64,000 nucleotides of DNA from Candidatus Aminicenantes bacterium (GTDB lineage Bacteria > Acidobacteriota > Aminicenantia > Aminicenantales > JAFGBC01), in the NCBI GenBank assembly GCA_963702005.1, contig OY969696.1:1760001-1824000 (forward strand), read 5' to 3'. The notes beneath the pieces are model-generated. The model was not told the DNA's origin and searched no databases. It saw only the letters and a list, made by a program, of their open reading frames with translations. The position numbers and the translations under genes were made by a program. Positions 10,929 to 19,823 of this stretch are shown piece after piece. How positions within the stretch are numbered: position 1 is the stretch's first letter; each line of letters begins with the position of its first letter.

Positions 10929-11957
10929 TCAGCGAAACGAGAATCCGACGACGAGGCCCGCCGTGAGCAGGGCGCCGTACCTGGCCAGGTATTCGAGGCG
11001 GATCGAGACCGGAAGGGAGATCCCGTCGCTGATCCGCAGGTTCGTCCCGGCCGCCGCCATCAGGCCGAAATTGAAATCCATGCCACCGCCCGTTTTGTGC
11101 TCGGAGTCGTACTGGCCCTCGAAATTAAACTCGTAGCTCCATTTGACGAAATGACCGCCGGCGCCGCCCTGGATGAAGAACGGAGATCCGGCGGGCGTCA
11201 GCTCGACGATGGCCAGGAGATAAATTTCGTATTCGCTTTCCAGATGGTAGTCCTCGTAAATGCCGGGGATGTTCTGGATTCCGAGGTCGAATCTCGACGA
11301 GAAGAGCTTCTGCGCGCCGAAATCCAGGCCCCATTTCAATGACGGGTTCTTGGACAGGGGAAGAAACATCTGAAGGCCGGCGCCGAAATTGCCTTTTTTT
11401 ACGGTCAGGAATTGGTCCAGGTCGGAGTTCGCATCCACGCTTTTAAATCCCAGGTCGTTGGCGGACGGAGGGGTCAGCAGCAGCCCCGCCCTGAGGTAGG
11501 GCCTGAACGAAAACTTTTTTTGTCCGGCCGGAGGTTCCGCTTCGACGGCCGCGCGCCGCGGCTCCTCCCCGGCCTTTTCGGCCCGGACGGGGACCTCCTT
11601 AACCGGCTTCATTTCAGGAAGGGGCTTCTGGAGCGTCTTTGCGGCCTGATCCTCCGGGGAACTCAGGACCTTAACCACGGTCTCGTGGATAAAGCCGGAG
11701 AGAACTCGGCCGTCCCCGTCTGGGGGCAAGCTCACTTTGAACCATCGGCCTTCCTTCCCTTGGGAGGCCAGGAGCGTCGACATGGCCACGGTCGTGACGA
11801 CGGGGCTGGCGATATCGGGCTTCTCCCGGATCTTCGCCGCCGAAACGATGACCTTGAGGATGGTATCAGCGCCCTGGCAAGCTCCGCTCAGGAGCCAAAG
11901 GGAAAGCCCCGCCAATAAAAGAGAAAGACCCTTTGTGAACAGCGCGCGGTATTTCAT
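10929..11957 (-). CDS. SH3b-domain protein with a C-terminal outer-membrane beta-barrel
   Basis: Signal peptide; AKIREKP...GRWFKV...GFIH SH3b pattern; amphipathic strands ending VVGFSFR. Confidence 0.6.
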   Translation of the reverse strand: MKYRALFTKGLSLLLAGLSLWLLSGACQGADTILKVIVSAAKIREKPDIASPVVTTVAMSTLLASQGKEGRWFKVSLPPDGDGRVLSGFIHETVVKVLSSPEDQAAKTLQKPLPEMKPVKEVPVRAEKAGEEPRRAAVEAEPPAGQKKFSFRPYLRAGLLLTPPSANDLGFKSVDANSDLDQFLTVKKGNFGAGLQMFLPLSKNPSLKWGLDFGAQKLFSSRFDLGIQNIPGIYEDYHLESEYEIYLLAIVELTPAGSPFFIQGGAGGHFVKWSYEFNFEGQYDSEHKTGGGMDFNFGLMAAAGTNLRISDGISLPVSIRLEYLARYGALLTAGLVVGFSFR

Positions 11958-12071
11958 GCCTTCTCCTCTCCCGGTCTCGAGAGAGACCAATCTTCAGCCT
12001 GGTTGAATGATTAACCTTTTTCCCGGCCCTGTCAAGAAGGATAGCGATGGATTCGTAGAAGCGCGCTTGCC

Positions 12072-13433
12072 TCAACCCGCGAAGCGCTTGGCTTCGCCCT
12101 TAAAGAGCCGGACGAGGCGGCGGGCTTCTCCGAGCGTCGGCGCCTCGGCCACGACGCGGATGATGGGCTCGGTGTTCGAGGGCCTCAGATGGACCCAGGC
12201 GTCCCGGAACACGACCTTGATCCCGTCCAGGGTCACGACCTCGCCCTTTCCGGCGTACTTTTTTTTGATCGCCTTCTCGATCCGGTGGGCCTGTTCGGCC
12301 GTTCCCGACACCCGGTCCTTGACCATGTGATAGGCCGGGATTTCGCTCTTGAGCGCGGACGGGGATTGGCCGGAGACGGCCATCAGCTCCAGGATGAGTC
12401 CCATCGCCGCAAAGCTGTCCCGGCAGGGGTGGACGGCCGGCCAGATGACGCCCCCGTTTCCCTCGCCTCCGATCGGGGCGTTCCGTTCCAGCAGCTCTTC
12501 GACGACGTTGATCTCGCCGATCCGGGTCCTGAAGACCGGCACGCCGGCCGCGGCCGCGATGTCGTCGATGGCCCGCGTCGTGGACAGGTTGACGACGACC
12601 GGACCGGGCGTCCTGGCCAGGACGTGCTTGACGGCCAGGGCCAGCGTCAGCTCCTCTCCGATCGCGACCCCCTTCTCATCGACGACGGCCAGCCGGTCCG
12701 CGTCGGCGTCCTGGGCGAACCCGATATCGGCCCGGCGAGCCCTGACCGCCCCGGTCAATCGGCCCAAGTTTTCGGGAACGGGCTCGGGGGGATGGGCGAA
12801 GCGGCCGTGGGGAACGGCGTTGATGAGAACGGGGCGGCAGCCGAGCTCGCGCAGGAACTCGGGGACGAGCGCCCCGCCCGCGCCGTTGACGCAGTCCACG
12901 GCGACTCGGAAGCGGCGGCTCCGGATGAGATCGACGTCGAGGGCCGTCAAGCAACATTCGAGATGGGGACGGAGCGGATCGCTCTGGGCGAGGATGGGCT
13001 TGAACTTATCCGTCCTGACGAAGGAGAACTCTCCCTGGTGGTAGATTTCGATGAACTCGGCGAAGCGCGACCTGTTCAGGAACAGGCCCTCGCCCCCGAT
13101 GAACTTGAGGCCGTTCCATTCACCGGGGTTGTGGCTGGCCGTGACGGCGACTCCGCCCCGGGCCTGGGTCGTCTTGGCCAGGACTTGGAAGCTGGGAATG
13201 GGGCAGAGCCCGGCGTCCACGGGCTGACAGCCGACCGAGAGAAGCCCGGCGAAGACGGCCTCCCGGAGCATGACGCCGGACGGCCGGGCGTCCCGGCCGA
13301 CGATGATCTTGCCCCTTCCCGAGTAGGTCCCGAAGGCCTGAGCGAACCGGGCCGCCAGCTGGGGCGTCAGGCTCTCTCCGACGACGCCGCGCACGCCCGA
13401 GATGCTGACCTTAAGGGATAGGCGCTCTTTCAT
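12072..13433 (-). CDS. alpha-D-phosphohexomutase (GlmM/PMM-like), intact active site
   Basis: TASHNP phosphoserine loop, DADADR metal loop, GEGNGG sugar loop, RPSNTEP phosphate loop. Confidence 0.9.
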   Translation of the reverse strand: MKERLSLKVSISGVRGVVGESLTPQLAARFAQAFGTYSGRGKIIVGRDARPSGVMLREAVFAGLLSVGCQPVDAGLCPIPSFQVLAKTTQARGGVAVTASHNPGEWNGLKFIGGEGLFLNRSRFAEFIEIYHQGEFSFVRTDKFKPILAQSDPLRPHLECCLTALDVDLIRSRRFRVAVDCVNGAGGALVPEFLRELGCRPVLINAVPHGRFAHPPEPVPENLGRLTGAVRARRADIGFAQDADADRLAVVDEKGVAIGEELTLALAVKHVLARTPGPVVVNLSTTRAIDDIAAAAGVPVFRTRIGEINVVEELLERNAPIGGEGNGGVIWPAVHPCRDSFAAMGLILELMAVSGQSPSALKSEIPAYHMVKDRVSGTAEQAHRIEKAIKKKYAGKGEVVTLDGIKVVFRDAWVHLRPSNTEPIIRVVAEAPTLGEARRLVRLFKGEAKRFAG

Positions 13434-13441
13434 GTTCGGCT

Positions 13442-14794
13442 TCAGGACATGAGCCCCGCGATGAACGCGGCGGCCTTGTCCGTCTCCTCCTGGGCCTTCT
13501 CTAGGGACCTGTTCTCGACGATGATCCTGATCATGGGTTCGGTCGCCGAAGCCCGGACATGGACCCAGCCGTCCTTGTCCTCGGCCCGGACGCCGTCCAG
13601 CAGGACGAGGTCCCGATCCTTGTAGAACTTCTGGACGGCTTGGACGATCGAGTGGACCTTGGAGGGCGGGCAGGCGACCTTGTCCTTGACGATGTGGTAC
13701 TTGGGCAGCTCCCGGACCAGCTCCCCGAGCGTCTTCTTCCGGACGGCCATGGCCTCGAGGATGAGGCCCATCATCAGGAAGCCGTCGAAGGCGGGCTGGA
13801 AGGCGGGCAGGGCGACGCTTCCGCTTCCCTCTCCGGCCAGGACGCCGTCCTCGGCGAGCAGAGTCTGGATGATGTGGGATTGTCCGACCCGGGCCTTGAC
13901 GACCGGACAGCCGCGGCGCGCGGCCACGTCCTCGATCATCCGCGAGGTTGAAAGGTTGGTGACGACCGTCCCGCGGCGGCGGCTGAGGACGTGGTCCGCG
14001 ATCAGAGGGAGGGCGTACTCCTCGGACAGGGTCTCGCCGTCCTCGGCGACGCAGGACAGGCGGCTGGCGTCGCTGTTGAGGAGGAATCCGGCCTGGGCGG
14101 AGGTGATCTTGGCGATCGAGGCGACCTCCCCGGCGTTCCGCGGCCGGGGCTCGGGATCATGGGGGAAGAATCCGCTGGGCTGATCGTTGACGGGGACGAG
14201 CTCGCAGCCGATCGCCCGGCAGAATTCGTCGACGAAACCGGCGCCGGCGCCGTTGCAGGGATCGATGACGATCTTGAACCCGGCCCGGCCGATCGCGGAC
14301 GCGTCGAGGAAGTCGGCCAGGGCCTTGAAGTAGCGGCCGGTGGTCTCCGCCGGGGCGGCCCCCAGCCCGCCCAGCCCTTCGGTCGGCGCCTTGGCGAACT
14401 CCTCGAGGTGATAGATGTCCAGGATCTCGTTCCCCTGGAACTCGTTGAGGTAGGTTCCGTCCCGGTTGATGAAGGTCAGGGCGTTCCACTCGGCGCCGTT
14501 GTGGCCGGCCGTGATCGAGATCCCGCCCCGGCCCTTGAGAGCGCGAACCAGGAACTGGAGGATGGGCGTCGGGCAGATCCCGAGGTCCGTGACGCCGCAG
14601 CCGGCGGCGAGGAGCGCGGATACGGAAGCCGACCGGAGCATCGGGCCCGAAAGCCGGGAGTCCCGGCCGACCAGGACTCCTCCCCGGCCCAGGAAGGTTC
14701 CGAAGGCCGAGGCGAAATCCGCGGCCAGCTCCGGGGTCAAGGTTTCGCCCACGATCCCGCGCACGCCCGAGATTCCGACCTTGAGGAGTTTCAT
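13442..14794 (-). CDS. phosphohexomutase paralog with a degenerate active site
   Basis: Same fold and length as its neighbour (ISGVRG, GRDSR, RASATEP) but TAGHNG and NSDASR replace the catalytic motifs. Confidence 0.85.
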   Translation of the reverse strand: MKLLKVGISGVRGIVGETLTPELAADFASAFGTFLGRGGVLVGRDSRLSGPMLRSASVSALLAAGCGVTDLGICPTPILQFLVRALKGRGGISITAGHNGAEWNALTFINRDGTYLNEFQGNEILDIYHLEEFAKAPTEGLGGLGAAPAETTGRYFKALADFLDASAIGRAGFKIVIDPCNGAGAGFVDEFCRAIGCELVPVNDQPSGFFPHDPEPRPRNAGEVASIAKITSAQAGFLLNSDASRLSCVAEDGETLSEEYALPLIADHVLSRRRGTVVTNLSTSRMIEDVAARRGCPVVKARVGQSHIIQTLLAEDGVLAGEGSGSVALPAFQPAFDGFLMMGLILEAMAVRKKTLGELVRELPKYHIVKDKVACPPSKVHSIVQAVQKFYKDRDLVLLDGVRAEDKDGWVHVRASATEPMIRIIVENRSLEKAQEETDKAAAFIAGLMS

Positions 14795-14925
14795 GGTCCC
14801 GCCGTCCGTGCTATTACAGCACGGCCCGCCCGGATTTTCAAGCGGATGAGCCCGGGATGCCCCGACATCGGCCTTGACATTCCGTCCTTTTTTTTATGTA
14901 ATATCGATCAGGCAATTCAAATCGC

Positions 14926-14954
14926 GAGGAAAAAACCCGGGGGGTTTTTTCCTC
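14926..14954. promoter_or_regulatory. perfect 13-bp-arm inverted repeat in the leader of the PEGA gene
   Basis: GAGGAAAAAACCC-ggg-GGGTTTTTTCCTC lies between TTGACA (14874) and the AGGAGG RBS. Confidence 0.5.
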
Positions 14955-14970
14955 TTTAGGAGGAGGGAGC

Positions 14971-17900
14971 ATGCTCTCGCACATTTATCGGTCCAAGTCG
15001 GTCGCTTCGGTTCTCATCTTTCTCATGGTCTTTTTCATCTGCAACTGGGCCTACCCCCAGGCCGGGAGCTCAAACGAGAAGAAAGCCGACAAGGCCCTCT
15101 CGGACGGACTCGACCAGTACCGGGCCGGGGAATACGTCAAGGCCATCGAGCGCTTCACGCAGGTCATCGCCCTGACCAAGGACGAGGCCAAACTCTCGGA
15201 CGCCTATTTTTATCTGTCCCTGTGCAACTATTTTAACGGGGAAACGGACGGCGCCGAGGAATGGGCCGTTAAGTCCCTGGTGATCGATCCGAGCCGGGAG
15301 GCTTCGGACATCTACCCGGCCGGGTTCATCGATCTCTTCAAGAAGGCCAAGCGGACGGCCGGGATCGAAATCGAGAAACAGCGCCGGGCCGAGGCCAAGA
15401 AGGGCGTGCCGGAGAAGGTCGAGCCTACGCCGGTGCGTGAGCCCAAGACCGAGGAGCCGCCGGCCGTCGTCTCCCGCGCTCGCGAGAAAGAGGGCGGAGG
15501 CGGCCACGGCGGCCTCTATCTCATCATCGGAGCCCTCGTCATCGGGGGCGCCGCCGCGGCCTATTTTCTGCTCAAGGGCAAGAAAGCGGGGGGAGGGGGG
15601 ACGGAACCCACGACCGGGAGCATCCAGGTCAGCTCGTCGCCGACGGGGGCCGAGGTCTTTCTGGACGGGACCGATAAGGGGACAGCCCCTCAGACCATTT
15701 CGAATGTCACTGTCGGAAGCCATACGATCAAGCTGACCAAGGAGGGCTACCGCGACTACACGGAGACGGTCAACGTCGTGGGCGGCCAGACCGCGACGGT
15801 CAACGCGACTCTGTCCAAGAACACGATCGCCGTGACCAAGCCCGTGGCCAATGAGTTCTGGAAGAAGGGCGAGAGCGTCGAAATCACCTGGACCAGCGAT
15901 ACGTCGTCCACCGTGGGGCATTTCTTCGCCATGAATCAGGCCGGGCTGACGGGTCTGGCCTCGCCGACGAGATGGAATCTCGTCCCCGGCACGGCCGGCG
16001 CCGGCCGCGGGAACGTCAACCGCTCGACCGGACCGACCGACCAGATCGTGCGCCGCGGGGCCGGTCAAGAGTTGCCGGGCTCCACAGGCGGAGGCCCGGG
16101 GAGCTACGGCCCGGCGGGGGAGAGGGGGCCGGCCGGCATGAGGTCGCCCCGGCTCGACAGCCTGTCCCGGATGAACGGGTCGCCGGGCGGGAACGCCAAT
16201 CGGGCCGGTTCGGCCGGAGGACCTCCCCAGGTCCGTGCTTTAGTCATCACCAACGTCAAGATCGAGCTCTACAAGGCCGGAAGCCAGGTCGAAACGATCG
16301 CTTCGAGCACGACCAACGATGGGAGCTACACCTGGACCGTGTCCGATTCTCTTTCGAACGGCAAGGACTACAAGGTTCGCGTCAGCTGCGTCGAGGAGAC
16401 GAGCGTTTACGGGCAGAGCGGCTCCTTCGAGATCTCGGCCGGCTACGGCTCGATCCAGGTCAAGTCGACGCCGGGCGCGGCGGCCGTCTTCCTGGACGGT
16501 GCCAACACCGGCAAGAAAACGACCTGCACCCTGACCAAAGTTCCGGTGGGGACCCACACCGTCAGGGTCGAAAAAGCCGGCTATGACACTGAGAAACAGA
16601 TCGTAACTGTCACGGCCGACGAAATGACGGAAGTGGAATTCACGCTCGAAGGCTTCGGCTTGATCAAGGTCACCTCGACGCCGGGCTCGGCCGAAGTCTA
16701 CCTGGACGGCGCCGACACCGGGAAGAAAACGACCTGCACCCTGACCCGGGTCGTCGAGGGCTCGCACGTCGTCAAGCTCGTGAAGACGAGCTACGAGTCC
16801 CAGGAGAAAACCGTCACCGTCAACGCCGGAAAGACGACGAACGTCGACTTCACCCTGAAGGGGATCGGCAAGATCCACGTCACCTCCACCCCGACCGGGG
16901 CGACCGTCTATCTCGACGGCGCCGACACGGGCGAGGTGACCGAATGCACGCTGCAGGATGTCGCAGAAGGGGATCACACCGTCAAGGTCGAGAAAGACGG
17001 CTACGAAACTCAGCAAAAGACGGTCACCGTTTCCGCCGGTGCCACGGCCCCCGCCAACTTCACCCTGGTCAAGAGCACGATCACGATCGACAAGCCCGAC
17101 TGGTGGTCGATCTGGGGCAAGGGCAAGGATGTCGAGATCAAGTGGAGCACCGGCAGCGCGGCGACGGGTTTGAACGGCCTGCGGACGGAGAGGGAGCTCC
17201 GCGGCATGGTGCCGTCGCTCCGGAATCCGCTCCGGAACGGCGAGGCGGCCCGCTCGCTGGCCAGGACGGGGGGAGCCGGAAGCAGGCTCGGAGCGGGACT
17301 ATTGCCCGACGGAATCGGGCTTCCCGGGCTCCGTCCGGGCGTCAAGGTCGAGGCGTCCGTGAAGACCGGGGGAGCCGCGAGCCAAGCGGTCCCGCCGGCG
17401 ATCGCCAACGTCAGGATCGAGCTCTACAAGGCCGGGGCGGCCGTCAAGACCATCGTCGATTCGACCTCCAACGACGGCAGCTTCACCTGGACCGTGGATG
17501 AAACCCTCGAGGACGGAGTCAATTATAAGGTCGTCATCAGCGACGCGGGCGGGTCGGGGACGAGCGGCGAAAGCCTGGAGTTCGCCCTGACCGACGTCAC
17601 TTATGAATACCAGACATACTGGGGAAGTGCCGGAACGGGCAACGGCCAATTCAACTCTCCTTATGCGATCTGCGTCGATAAGTACCCTTATGTTTATGTC
17701 GCCGACACCCATAATAACCGGGTCCAGAAGTTCACTACCTCGGGCGGCTGGATTCGGACCTGGGGGACGCTCGGGACGCTGGACGGGCAGTTCAATGTCA
17801 ACGCCGGCATCGCGGCGGACGTCAACCAGGTTATCTTCGTTTCCGACTGGAACAACTACCGCGTCCAAAGCTTCGATTCTTTCGGCGTCTTTAAAACCAA

Positions 17901-18444
17901 GTGGGGATCGAGCGGGGCGGGCAGCGGCCAGTTCAATGGTCCCTACCATGTCGCCGTCGATCCCGCCGGCTGGGTGTACGTCGTTGATTATTCTAACCAC
18001 CGCGTCCAAAAGTTCTGGCAGACGGGATTGTATACCCGCCAGTGGGGAGGGTACGGATCCGGGAACGGACAATTCAAGTATCCGCTCGGCATCGCCGTCG
18101 ACGCCAACTACACGGTTTACGTCTCGGACACCATAAACAACAGGATTCAAGTCTTCAATCAGTACGGCGTCTATTACTCCCAGTTCGGAACGGCCGGTTC
18201 GGGTGACGGCCAGTTCAGTACTCCCTGGGGGGTCGCGGTCGATAAGTACGGATTCATCTACGTCGTCGACGGCGGGAACTACCGCATCCAAAAGTTCAGC
18301 CCGCGCGGCCTTTACTGTTGCAAGTGGGGAAGCTACGGATCCGGATGGGGACAATTCAGCGGGGCGACCTCCATTGCGGTCGATGCTTACGGTTACGTCT
18401 ATGTAGCGGAGCGCACCAACAACCGCGTCCAGAAGTTCCGCTGA
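14971..18444 (+). CDS. large surface protein: signal peptide, TPR, hydrophobic helix, 4 PEGA domains, 2 Kre9/KNH-like Ig domains, C-terminal NHL propeller
   Basis: S.P.GA.V.LDG PEGA repeats; NVKIELYK...NDGSYTWTV domains; G.G.GQF..P.GIAVD...VYV.D..N.R.QKF NHL repeats. Confidence 0.85.
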   Translation: MLSHIYRSKSVASVLIFLMVFFICNWAYPQAGSSNEKKADKALSDGLDQYRAGEYVKAIERFTQVIALTKDEAKLSDAYFYLSLCNYFNGETDGAEEWAVKSLVIDPSREASDIYPAGFIDLFKKAKRTAGIEIEKQRRAEAKKGVPEKVEPTPVREPKTEEPPAVVSRAREKEGGGGHGGLYLIIGALVIGGAAAAYFLLKGKKAGGGGTEPTTGSIQVSSSPTGAEVFLDGTDKGTAPQTISNVTVGSHTIKLTKEGYRDYTETVNVVGGQTATVNATLSKNTIAVTKPVANEFWKKGESVEITWTSDTSSTVGHFFAMNQAGLTGLASPTRWNLVPGTAGAGRGNVNRSTGPTDQIVRRGAGQELPGSTGGGPGSYGPAGERGPAGMRSPRLDSLSRMNGSPGGNANRAGSAGGPPQVRALVITNVKIELYKAGSQVETIASSTTNDGSYTWTVSDSLSNGKDYKVRVSCVEETSVYGQSGSFEISAGYGSIQVKSTPGAAAVFLDGANTGKKTTCTLTKVPVGTHTVRVEKAGYDTEKQIVTVTADEMTEVEFTLEGFGLIKVTSTPGSAEVYLDGADTGKKTTCTLTRVVEGSHVVKLVKTSYESQEKTVTVNAGKTTNVDFTLKGIGKIHVTSTPTGATVYLDGADTGEVTECTLQDVAEGDHTVKVEKDGYETQQKTVTVSAGATAPANFTLVKSTITIDKPDWWSIWGKGKDVEIKWSTGSAATGLNGLRTERELRGMVPSLRNPLRNGEAARSLARTGGAGSRLGAGLLPDGIGLPGLRPGVKVEASVKTGGAASQAVPPAIANVRIELYKAGAAVKTIVDSTSNDGSFTWTVDETLEDGVNYKVVISDAGGSGTSGESLEFALTDVTYEYQTYWGSAGTGNGQFNSPYAICVDKYPYVYVADTHNNRVQKFTTSGGWIRTWGTLGTLDGQFNVNAGIAADVNQVIFVSDWNNYRVQSFDSFGVFKTKWGSSGAGSGQFNGPYHVAVDPAGWVYVVDYSNHRVQKFWQTGLYTRQWGGYGSGNGQFKYPLGIAVDANYTVYVSDTINNRIQVFNQYGVYYSQFGTAGSGDGQFSTPWGVAVDKYGFIYVVDGGNYRIQKFSPRGLYCCKWGSYGSGWGQFSGATSIAVDAYGYVYVAERTNNRVQKFR

Positions 18445-18577
18445 GGACAGAAAGGAGAGCTCCGAGCCGGCTAGGGTCTTCGGCAGGGGATAGGGGAGGG
18501 ATGCGGCCGTCTCTCCCCGGTTGTCGGGTTGATTCCCGGCTTGCGTTCTGTTAAGTTGTGACCAGGGAGAGCTGGGA

Positions 18578-19138
18578 ATGAGCCCGGGCCGGCCGAAAGC
18601 AAGAAAAAGTGTCCGGCTGCTTCCGGCTTTCTTCATGCTTTTTTCCCTCGGTGCCGGTTTAGGCCAAGGCCAAGATCAGCCCAAGCCGACCGGCCAGGCT
18701 CCGGGCACGGGGAAAACGGAGCCGGCCGCTTCTCCCGACGCTTCCACCCTCCGGACTCTGAAGAAATCCCTTTTCATTCCCGGCTGGGGGCAGGCCGGAG
18801 AGAAGCATTATATTGAAGCCGCGCTTTTTTTCGGCGCCCAGGTCTTCTGCCTGGTCGGCGTCCTGAGCAACAACCACCGCGGGAACGAAAATTACGCCCT
18901 CTATAAACAGGCCGCGACGACCGAGGACGCCGTCAAGGCGCGGGCCCTGACCGAACGCTACGACAGGCGTCGCAATCAGTTCATCCTGGCCGCGGCGGCG
19001 GTCTGGGCCGTGAACCTGGTCGATACCTATCTCATCGTCAAGGGCAAGGGCGGCCAGGGCAAAGCCAAAGCCCTCCGTCTCAGGATCGATACCGGTGAAG
19101 ACCCGCAGCTGGCTCTCAGCCTCCGTCTTGGCTTTTAG
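18578..19138 (+). CDS. DUF5683-like membrane/exported protein
   Basis: SLFIPGWGQ and WAVNLVDTY motifs typical of this family. Confidence 0.6.
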   Translation: MSPGRPKARKSVRLLPAFFMLFSLGAGLGQGQDQPKPTGQAPGTGKTEPAASPDASTLRTLKKSLFIPGWGQAGEKHYIEAALFFGAQVFCLVGVLSNNHRGNENYALYKQAATTEDAVKARALTERYDRRRNQFILAAAAVWAVNLVDTYLIVKGKGGQGKAKALRLRIDTGEDPQLALSLRLGF

Positions 19139-19823
19139 CCTGGTCCTCGCCCCGGCCTGCCGGGACCGGCTCTTCGACAACCCCTTCGACCCCAACGCCA
19201 GCGAGGTCATCTTCGAGGTCGTGGCCACCATCCAGACGCCCGCCTACGTTCCGCTCGGGCTGGCCTGGGACGGCACGATCCTCTGGAACGTGGACGGCTA
19301 CAACAACGTCCTCTACGGGCTCAACCGCGCCAACGGCACCGTCGTCCGCTCCCTCTCGGCGCCCCTGCCGGGAACGGCCGGCATCGCCTACGACGGCCAG
19401 GACCTCTGGGTCGCCGGCGAGACGTCGCCCGAGGTCCTCCGCCTCAACGTCCTGAACGGCGAGGTCCTCAAGCGCCTCAACCTTCAGCGCGGCCAGTTCA
19501 CGGCCCTCGGCTACGGCGCCGGCGCCCTGTGGGTCGCCGACGCCCAGTCGAACACGATCCTCCGCGTCCATCCCGAGACGGCCGAGCTGCTCGCCTCGTT
19601 CCCGAACCCGGGCGTCCGCGTCGACGGAATCGCCTTCGACGGATCGGCTCTCTGGATCTCGGACTCGACAACCCTGAGCATCACCCAGCTGACGACCGAG
19701 GGCCGCGTCCTGCGCAAGTTCCTGTCGCCCGGTCAGTCGCCGAGGGGCCTGGCCTACGACGGCCGCTACCTGTGGAACGTCGACGGGAGCCAGCGGATCT
19801 ACCAGTTGAGGTTCTCGAAATGA
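19095..19823 (+). CDS. lipoprotein with a beta-propeller (glutaminyl-cyclase/YncE-like repeats)
   Basis: GTG start; lipobox LAPAC followed by RDRLFDNPFDP; GLAWDG/GIAYDG/GIAFDG/GLAYDG repeats. Confidence 0.75.
   Translation: MKTRSWLSASVLAFSLVLAPACRDRLFDNPFDPNASEVIFEVVATIQTPAYVPLGLAWDGTILWNVDGYNNVLYGLNRANGTVVRSLSAPLPGTAGIAYDGQDLWVAGETSPEVLRLNVLNGEVLKRLNLQRGQFTALGYGAGALWVADAQSNTILRVHPETAELLASFPNPGVRVDGIAFDGSALWISDSTTLSITQLTTEGRVLRKFLSPGQSPRGLAYDGRYLWNVDGSQRIYQLRFSK

Noticed and set aside
17600-18444. Aromatic/Asn-rich NHL C-terminus as a diversity-generating retroelement target
   Set aside because: No reverse transcriptase or template repeat in the window.
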